Source: Bacteroidota bacterium (GTDB taxonomy: Bacteria > Bacteroidota > Ignavibacteria > SZUA-365). Taken from it: a stretch of 43,366 nt of DNA. The notes beneath the pieces are model-generated. The model did no database searches and had not been told where the DNA came from. It saw only the letters and a list, made by a program, of their open reading frames with translations. Position 1 is the first letter of the stretch. Each line of letters opens with the position of its first letter. Shown here piece after piece: positions 37,138-43,366 of the stretch. The DNA is taken from the NCBI GenBank assembly GCA_018224415.1, contig JAGTUZ010000199.1, positions 1 through 43,366 on the forward strand. Reading direction: 5' to 3'. The position numbers were made by a program, and so were the translations under genes.

Positions 37138-38022
37138 TTATTGGGAGAATAATTCCAATGTGAGATGCGTGCGGATGGAGGAGGGGACGACATTGTTGTG
37201 TTGGCCGAATACCGCACGCGTGTTTTCCTGTTCTGTTGTCACATCGAGGAACACGGGAAGACCGCTGTCTGTGGCGACGAAGAGTTCGCCGGAAACCGTA
37301 CTGGCGTCCTCGGTGAATTCCTCAAGCGTATCAAACACGATTTTTTCTTCGAGTTCGCTGTTTCCGGTCCAGCTCACGGCGAGGCAGCGATATCCCTTAC
37401 GTTCGTCAAAATCCTTGATCGTGTATTCGGTTGCATTCGCGGTCAGGCGGAGGCCTGAACCACGTCCGGCACCCGGCACTTCCTTCGACGGATACAACGT
37501 ATCACGGTGGCTGTCCTGCCATACCATACCGGGTTCGACGGGACGTGCGGGCAAGGCGGGAAGCAGGGCGGCGCGTTGCGTGAACATCGCATCGGAGACA
37601 CCCGGGCCGAACCGTTGCTGCACACCGAGGGGATCGACAGCGGTCACGGAGAGAAGTTTGCCACTGCTGCTTTGCCGCACCCGGATGCGTTTTTTCGTCA
37701 GGACATTCTGCACATCGATGTGCTGTCCCTGCATCGAGGCGTCCTCGCTGTTTTCCGACACGATGGCAGTGTCCTGCACAAATAGATAGCTGATTTCCTC
37801 GATGCCTGACTTCTCGACGGTGATCGTGAAATACCGCGTGATCCGCCTGTCGATGCTCGTGCCGCGTCCGTCATTGGCCTGTGCCAATGCCGTTGTCGTC
37901 TCGACCTGCTTGAATCGGTATTCCTGTCCCTCCTTGAGGTCATAGCGGAGGTCGAGTGGCTGGGCGGACGGAGTGGCAGAGAAACAGACAAGGGCTAACA
38001 GGGAAAATAGAAGGCGGATCAT
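37138..38022 (-). CDS. Secreted hypothetical protein (distant paralog of 36303..37118)
   Basis: ORF 37138..38202 trimmed to ATG 38022 (MIRLLFSLLALVCFSATPSAQ). It lies 19 nt upstream of its paralog on the same strand. Confidence 0.6.
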   Translation of the reverse strand: MIRLLFSLLALVCFSATPSAQPLDLRYDLKEGQEYRFKQVETTTALAQANDGRGTSIDRRITRYFTITVEKSGIEEISYLFVQDTAIVSENSEDASMQGQHIDVQNVLTKKRIRVRQSSSGKLLSVTAVDPLGVQQRFGPGVSDAMFTQRAALLPALPARPVEPGMVWQDSHRDTLYPSKEVPGAGRGSGLRLTANATEYTIKDFDERKGYRCLAVSWTGNSELEEKIVFDTLEEFTEDASTVSGELFVATDSGLPVFLDVTTEQENTRAVFGQHNNVVPSSIRTHLTLELFSQ

Positions 38023-38194
38023 CAGGACCTGGATTTTTCTGCGTAAACGATTCAATTGATCAAGATACAAAACAATCAACGGGAATGGAATGCCGGAAAT
38101 CGCCCCCTTCCGGTCAGGGGAAGCATGTTCTACTATCACAGGGCTGTATCTGGTTCCCTTACTCCGGTTATTGACCGGACCCGCTTGCAGGCAT

Positions 38195-38314
38195 CCCGTC
38201 ATCCCGCCGTCCCGTCATCCCGCGATCCCGCCGTCCCGTCATCCCGCGATCCCGCCGTCCCGCCGTCCCGTCATCCCGCCGTCCCGCCGTCCCGTCATCC
38301 CGCCGTCCCGCCGT
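38195..38314. repeat. 8-bp tandem repeat x15, (CCC-N5)15 on the + strand and (N5-GGG)15 on the minus strand; it abuts the amidohydrolase stop codon
   Basis: Read directly: 15 CCC runs at a strict 8-bp spacing, with loops gtcat/gccgt/gcgat. There is a higher-order 24-bp pattern. The array ends at 38314 and the TAG stop (minus strand) is 38315-38317. Confidence 0.92.
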
Positions 38315-40081
38315 CTACTGTTCGGGAGCGGAATACACCTCGCTTCCGGCGACCCAGGTCGAGAGGACGCGTATTCCAGTGAAGCGCTCCCGTGGCACGG
38401 TGAGGATATCGTCGGACAGCATGACAAAGTCAGCCCGTTTCCCGGTTTCGAGTGAACCGTACTGATCTTCCAGTCCGGCTGCCCGCGCCGCCCAGACGGT
38501 GAACGCGCGGACAGCATCGCGCCGTGACATGCGCTCTTCGGCAAACCATCCGTTCCGCCACCGCTCGTCCAGTTCCGGTTGTGCTGCATCGGTCTGGAAA
38601 TGGGTTGCGATGTCTGTCTGCGAGGCCGGACGTCCGTCGGCATCCATGCGAAACATCGCGGCATACATTCCCGCAAGTGGCGCCGGTCGTTCGACAGGGA
38701 AGTCGCTTCCTCCCGGTATCCACGCTCCACTTTCGATGAGGGATGCCCATGGGTAGGCATTCCGTATCCGGCCTTCGCCCAGGCGCGCTTCCGCCCAACG
38801 CATGTCGCTTGTGCAATGCGTTGGCTGCATGGACGGAACGACCCCGAGCGCGGCGAAACGTGGGATGTCCTGGCTGGACACGATCTGTGCATGTTCGATG
38901 CGCAAGGGATAGCGGGGAGAAGGATGCGTCCGCAGGGCGGATTCGTATGCGTCGAGGACGCTGCGTACAGCGGCATCGCCGATCGCGTGGACACAGACCT
39001 GCAGACCGGCCTGCAGCGCATGTTCACTTTCCTTACGGATTGTCTCGCCGGACTGGATGACAATGCCCCTGTTCCCGGGATCGTCGGAATAGTCCTCAAG
39101 CAGCCGGGCGCCCCGCGAGCCCAGCGCACCATCGGCGTAGAGCTTGAGGCCGGCGATGACAAGTTGTTGCTCTCCAATGACTTGCCGCCCCAGCTTCAAC
39201 AGTGATTTCCATTCATCCGGCCCATCGTCGAGATAGGCAACAACATGGAAGGGAAAGCGGTTCGTGGCGATCAGTCCGCGGATGGCGTCGATTCCTGTTG
39301 CGGTCATCCCCATGTCATGCATCCCGGTCATACCGGTTTCGAGGCAGCGCTGGACGGCGTTTGCATAGGCCTCGCGCATTTGCGTGATGTCTGGCGGGGG
39401 AATGAAGGCGCGCACGAGTTCGATGGCCTGATCGAGCAAAATGCCTGTCGCCTCGCCTTGTGCGTCGCGGAGAATGCGTCCCCCGTCGGGATCTGGTGTG
39501 TTTCGGTCGATGCCCGCGATTTCGAGGGCTCGGGAATTCACCCAGACCGCATGACCGTCGATGCGCGAGAGGAACACCGGGTGGGAGCGAGTGGCGGCGT
39601 CGAGATCCGAACGTGTCGGAAATTCCTTCCTGTCCCAGTCATTCTGGTCCCACCCCCGTCCGCGAATCCATTCTTCCGCGGGCGTTGATGCAGCACGCTG
39701 CTTGAGCGCGTCCAGCACCTCCTTTTTCGATCTGGTCTCATGAAGGCCGAGTATGAGCGCCTCCTCGCCGAGGCCATAGAGATGCGCGTGCGCGTCGATG
39801 AAGCCCGGATAGACATTCCGTGATGCGCCGTCGATCACACGTCCGGCGGTCCAGGCACCGAGAACCTCTTCATTGCCGCCGATCGCCACGACGCGTCCAT
39901 CATGAATGGCGAGGGCCTCGGCCACGTCGCCGCTGTCGTTCATCGTGTGGATCCGGGCGTTGAACAAAATGAGGTCACAGGATTGCTTGCTGGAGCAGGA
40001 TGTATTGAGCATGGCGGCCAATAAAAATGGGATGAATGTGAGCAGGGAGTGGGACGGGTGCAGTCGCATGGTACCGGGCAT
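38315..40081 (-). CDS. Amidohydrolase-family metallohydrolase (YtcJ-like, amidohydrolase_3), probable lipoprotein
   Basis: The signal/lipobox is FIPFLLAAMLNTSC. Other evidence is DLILFNARIHTM, PGFIDAHAHLYGLG (metal-binding HxH), VCVHAIGDAA, IEHAQ, and an acidic metal-ligand region near GSDFPVE. Confidence 0.88.
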   Translation of the reverse strand: MPGTMRLHPSHSLLTFIPFLLAAMLNTSCSSKQSCDLILFNARIHTMNDSGDVAEALAIHDGRVVAIGGNEEVLGAWTAGRVIDGASRNVYPGFIDAHAHLYGLGEEALILGLHETRSKKEVLDALKQRAASTPAEEWIRGRGWDQNDWDRKEFPTRSDLDAATRSHPVFLSRIDGHAVWVNSRALEIAGIDRNTPDPDGGRILRDAQGEATGILLDQAIELVRAFIPPPDITQMREAYANAVQRCLETGMTGMHDMGMTATGIDAIRGLIATNRFPFHVVAYLDDGPDEWKSLLKLGRQVIGEQQLVIAGLKLYADGALGSRGARLLEDYSDDPGNRGIVIQSGETIRKESEHALQAGLQVCVHAIGDAAVRSVLDAYESALRTHPSPRYPLRIEHAQIVSSQDIPRFAALGVVPSMQPTHCTSDMRWAEARLGEGRIRNAYPWASLIESGAWIPGGSDFPVERPAPLAGMYAAMFRMDADGRPASQTDIATHFQTDAAQPELDERWRNGWFAEERMSRRDAVRAFTVWAARAAGLEDQYGSLETGKRADFVMLSDDILTVPRERFTGIRVLSTWVAGSEVYSAPEQ

Positions 40082-40135
40082 CGTGAAAAATTCTGGAATA
40101 GACCGTAACCCAATATATCACTCCGGTGTCACAAC

Positions 40136-40186
40136 CGGCAATGGCTCGACAGCGGCAATGGCACGACAACGGCAATGGCACAACGA
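40136..40186. repeat. 17-bp direct repeat x3 (core cggcaatggc) in a divergent promoter region
   Basis: The units are cggcaatggctcgacag (40136-40152), cggcaatggcacgacaa (40153-40169) and cggcaatggcacaacga (40170-40186). Confidence 0.85.
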
Positions 40187-40267
40187 GAATGCGTTTGTCC
40201 CTTGACAGGCCGCCGTATCGGTGCTATTATTATTCAATGCATTCACGACGACCGGCGGTAAACGCCG

Positions 40268-40305
40268 CCGGGCGGCATCGCGCAAGCCGGGCGGCATCGC
40301 GCAAG
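40268..40305. repeat. Perfect 19-bp tandem duplication (ccgggcggcatcgcgcaag x2), 12 nt upstream of the first ATG of the large + strand ORF
   Basis: Copies sit at 40268-40286 and 40287-40305. An adjacent hairpin ccggcgg-taaacg-ccgccgg overlaps the first copy. Confidence 0.9.
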
Positions 40306-40316
40306 GCAGTATTCCA

Positions 40317-43300
40317 ATGAAGAACAGGATCGGCATGAAGCGTCTACACACCATGAAGCGCATACAGAGACTCGCCGCGATTGTCGGGCTGATGGTCGGC
40401 CTGATGTTTTCAGGCAGCGTACAGGCGCAGTATTTCGGCAAGAACAAGGTGCAATACACGGATTTCGACTGGCATTATATCCAGTCGCAGCATTTCGACG
40501 TGTATTATTCCAACGACGGGTATGAGCTGGCGGAATTCACGGCGCGAGTCGCCGAGGATGCGCTCCAGAGCATTCAGGAAAGTTTCGGGTACCAGATCAC
40601 CGCCCGCATTCCGTTTATCATTTACAATTCGCACAACGACTTCCAGCAGACGAATGTCGTTGGTATGTACCTCGAGGAAGGCATCGGCGGTGTGACCGAG
40701 CTGTTCAAGAACCGCGTGGTCGTGCCGTTCGAGGGGTCGTACGGTCAATTCCGGCATGTTATCCATCACGAACTCGTGCATGCCGTGATCAACGACATGT
40801 TTTATGGCGGATCGATACAGGCGGCCCTGACCAATCGCATCCGGCTCATGCTGCCGCTGTGGATGAACGAAGGCATGGCGGAGTACCAGTCCCTCGACGG
40901 GTGGGATACGAATTCCGACATGTTCCTCCGTGATGCGACAACAAGTAATTACCTTCCGCCCATCCCGTATCTGAACGGCTACTTCGCCTATCGGGGGGGA
41001 CAATCGGTCTGGTGGTATATCTCGGAGAAATACGGGAAGAAAAAAGTCGGCGAAGTGCTTAATAGCGTCCGCGGTGCTCGCAGCCTGGACGACGGCCTGA
41101 AGAAATCCCTGGGCCTGACGCTGGAGGAGCTTTCGGAGCGCTGGATCAAGGAACAGCGCAAGCTGTACTATCCCGATGTCGCGAACCGGGTGTCTCCGAT
41201 CGAGTACGCGAAGCGTCTGACCGACCACAAGAAAAGCGGTTCGTTTTACAATACCAGTCCTGCAATCTCGCCTTCAGGAGATCGTATCGCCTTCATCTCG
41301 AACCGCGATGATTACTTCTCTGTCTACGTGATGTCGGCGATTGACGGCAGCGACGTGAAAAAGCTTGTTGACGGCAACACGACAAACGATTTCGAGGAAC
41401 TGCATCTGCTGACGCCAGGCCTGACCTGGTCTCCTGACGGACGTTTCATCGCGCTGGCCTCGAAAGCCGGCGCCAACGACGCGATAAATATCATCGATGC
41501 GGAAACAGGGGACTACGAGCAGCTTCCGTTGGCGAAAGACGGTATCTACTCCGTGCAGTGGTCTCCGGACGGAAAAAAACTTGCGTATGTCGGCAATACC
41601 ACGATTCAGTCGGATATCTGGGTCTATGATTTCGACAGCAAGACCACGCGAAATCTCACAGCGGATGTGTTCTCCGATGCCCAGCCCTCCTGGAAGGCCG
41701 ACAGCAAGTCCATCTATTTCGTGAGCGACCGGGGAGGGATGCTCGAGGCATCGAAGCTGCCGCCGGGCTTCAAGATGTACGACCACAACTACTCGCAGAC
41801 GGATGTCTTTCGCGTGGATGTGGAGACCGGCGTCCTGACGCGCATCACCGACACGCCGCACGCGGAGGAATCCTATCCCTTTGCCGGACCCGATGGAAGG
41901 CTGCTGTTCATATCCGACCGCAATGGCATCAACAACCTCTATATCAGCGACGCGGACGGAGCCGGATCCTACCCGGTGACCAATTCGCTCTCCGGCATTT
42001 ACCAGATATCGCTGACTGCCGATGGCAACAAGCTGGCATTTGCGAGTATGTTCGAAGCCGGTTTCGACATCTTTCTCATGCGCGCGCCCTTCGACCGCGA
42101 CCCGATCGAGAACCTCCCGCTCACTGCTTACCTCGAACGCAAGCTGCAGAAGCTGCCAGTATTCGCGGACACCGACAGATCGACTCCGGATGCACTCCCG
42201 GATCATTCGGTGTCTGATGTTACTGAGCACGTGGATACAACCGCCGACGCGTCCACCACCGATGCGGATCATGCCGACAAGAGCGACGGGGAGACCCGGC
42301 AGCACAGCGAGCAGGTGGTGATCGCCCTCGGAGAGCAGAGCAACGGCGCGGAACAGGATTCAAGCGGCGCGCGTCCTGCGACACGTGAGCGCATGCTGTT
42401 CGCCGATGACGCCGTTTCACGCAAGGACAGGAAAAGCGAACCATTCCGCATCAGCGGCAACGTGACCGATGACGGATCCTTTGTGATCAACAAGTACAAG
42501 CTGAGCTTCTCTGCCGATCTCGTGTACGGAAACGCGGGCTACAGCACGTTTTACGGTGTGCTCGGCACGACGCAGATGGCCTTCAGCGACATGCTTGGCA
42601 ATCACCAGATCATGTTCCTTACCAACTTGATTGGTGATCTGAAAAACAGTGATTACGCGCTCGCGTATTCCTATCTGCCGGATCGCATCGACTGGTCCGT
42701 GCAGGGATTCCACAGCGCGCGTTTCCTGCTCCAGTACACAGGCGGACTGTTCGAAGACCTCGTGCGATACCGCCAGTATGGTTTCGGACTCGCCGCCTCC
42801 TACCCGTTCGACCGGTACAATCGGATGGAAGGCAGTCTGACGTGGATGAACGTCTCGCAGGAGAATCTCGACAACCCTGCGATTCCCATGTCGGAACGAT
42901 CATTGATCGTTCCCAACATCGGCTTTGTGCATGACAATTCGCTCTGGGGCATGTGGTCGCCGGTCCGTGGATCACGCTACGAGGTGCGGACCTTCGGTAG
43001 TCCGGGGCTGGGCAGTTCGTCACTGACCTTCGCATCACTGACCTTTGATTATCGGACATATTCGCGATTCTGGAGTGATTTTTCCCTTGTATTGCGCGGA
43101 TCAGGCGGCGGAAGCTTCGGAGCGAACCCGCAGCGCTTCTTTATCGGCGGGACGGAAAACTGGATCAACAGGACATTCGAGAACGGCCGTATACCCATCA
43201 ACAGCGAGGAGGATTTTGCCTTTCTCGCGGCGGCGCTTCCCCTTCGTGGATACAACTACAACGCACGCATCACCACGCGGTACCTGCTCGGGAACGTCGA

Positions 43301-43366
43301 GCTTCGCTTCCCGGTGGTGAAGTATTTCCTGGGTGGCGTGCTGCCGTACATCCTGCAGGCCGTCAA
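40317..43366 (+). CDS. Partial (3'-truncated by the window) large exported protein: gluzincin-like HExxH domain + TolB-like PD40 beta-propeller repeats + acidic linker + Omp85-type beta-barrel
   Basis: This ORF is not in the ORF track because it has no stop in the window. I translated it by hand from ATG 40317 to 43364 without meeting a stop (1016 codons). The signal peptide is MKRIQRLAAIVGLMVGLMFSGSVQAQ (alternative starts at 40335 and 40353). The metal site is HHELVH (40767-40781) plus WMNEGMAEY. The PD40-like repeats are SPSGDRIAFISNR, WSPDGRFIALAS, WSPDGKKLAYV, PSWKADSKSIYFVSDR and GPDGRLLFISDRNG. The barrel motifs are FFIGGTENW...LPLRGYNYN...GNVELRFPV. Confidence 0.85.
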   Translation, partial: MKNRIGMKRLHTMKRIQRLAAIVGLMVGLMFSGSVQAQYFGKNKVQYTDFDWHYIQSQHFDVYYSNDGYELAEFTARVAEDALQSIQESFGYQITARIPFIIYNSHNDFQQTNVVGMYLEEGIGGVTELFKNRVVVPFEGSYGQFRHVIHHELVHAVINDMFYGGSIQAALTNRIRLMLPLWMNEGMAEYQSLDGWDTNSDMFLRDATTSNYLPPIPYLNGYFAYRGGQSVWWYISEKYGKKKVGEVLNSVRGARSLDDGLKKSLGLTLEELSERWIKEQRKLYYPDVANRVSPIEYAKRLTDHKKSGSFYNTSPAISPSGDRIAFISNRDDYFSVYVMSAIDGSDVKKLVDGNTTNDFEELHLLTPGLTWSPDGRFIALASKAGANDAINIIDAETGDYEQLPLAKDGIYSVQWSPDGKKLAYVGNTTIQSDIWVYDFDSKTTRNLTADVFSDAQPSWKADSKSIYFVSDRGGMLEASKLPPGFKMYDHNYSQTDVFRVDVETGVLTRITDTPHAEESYPFAGPDGRLLFISDRNGINNLYISDADGAGSYPVTNSLSGIYQISLTADGNKLAFASMFEAGFDIFLMRAPFDRDPIENLPLTAYLERKLQKLPVFADTDRSTPDALPDHSVSDVTEHVDTTADASTTDADHADKSDGETRQHSEQVVIALGEQSNGAEQDSSGARPATRERMLFADDAVSRKDRKSEPFRISGNVTDDGSFVINKYKLSFSADLVYGNAGYSTFYGVLGTTQMAFSDMLGNHQIMFLTNLIGDLKNSDYALAYSYLPDRIDWSVQGFHSARFLLQYTGGLFEDLVRYRQYGFGLAASYPFDRYNRMEGSLTWMNVSQENLDNPAIPMSERSLIVPNIGFVHDNSLWGMWSPVRGSRYEVRTFGSPGLGSSSLTFASLTFDYRTYSRFWSDFSLVLRGSGGGSFGANPQRFFIGGTENWINRTFENGRIPINSEEDFAFLAAALPLRGYNYNARITTRYLLGNVELRFPVVKYFLGGVLPYILQAV

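Noticed and set aside
38056-38455. Proline-rich repeat 'proteins' (PAVPSSRD..., IPPSRHPA...) from + strand ORFs 38056..38382 and 38090..38455
   Set aside because: They are simply the translation of the 8-bp CCC-N5 array in two frames. They lack a plausible start context and run antisense into the amidohydrolase 3' end.
40410-42305. Long minus-strand ORFs 40410..41228 (272 aa) and 41274..42305 (343 aa), listed in the track
   Set aside because: Their translations are Arg/Val/His-rich with no recognisable motifs. They lie antisense to a + strand frame that is open for more than 3 kb and has clear HExxH, PD40 and Omp85 signatures. They are shadow ORFs typical of GC-rich DNA.

Overview
This is a GC-rich (roughly 60% by eye, not computed), densely coding bacterial chromosomal segment. 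I saw no rRNA, tRNA, CRISPR array, transposase or integrase. The marker set is a T9SS C-terminal sorting-domain adhesin, a GWxTD protein, DUF3108, DUF2279, a TlpA-plus-barrel pair, a short-LID Adk and mostly weak Shine-Dalgarno sites. It points to the FCB superphylum (Bacteroidota / Ignavibacteriota / Rhodothermota-like); this placement is inference. Housekeeping genes are rlmN-adk, nadC, an Rne/Rng ribonuclease, dnaN-recF-DUF721(DciA-like)-mnmE-gyrB, pdxA, ftsE and a DnaQ-exonuclease/Cho-like GIY-YIG fusion. The rest is mostly cell-envelope genes: paralogous beta-barrel-like proteins, a 1437-aa T9SS adhesin, S41 peptidase, an FGE-family lipoprotein, and two POTRA-less Omp85-type barrels. The ORF track omits a + strand ORF of more than 1016 aa (40317 to the right edge) because it has no stop in the window. 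The long minus-strand ORFs listed there are antisense shadows, as are many other long ORFs in this GC-rich DNA. The most unusual non-genic signal is a high density of short tandem repeat arrays (8-21 bp units), several of them sitting on or against stop codons. One is a 120-bp (CCC-N5)x15 array that is G-quadruplex-capable on the sense strand of both flanking genes. I found no defence, toxin or mobile system. The best candidates for uncharacterised biology are the envelope locus at 34.5-43.4 kb and the repeat arrays.
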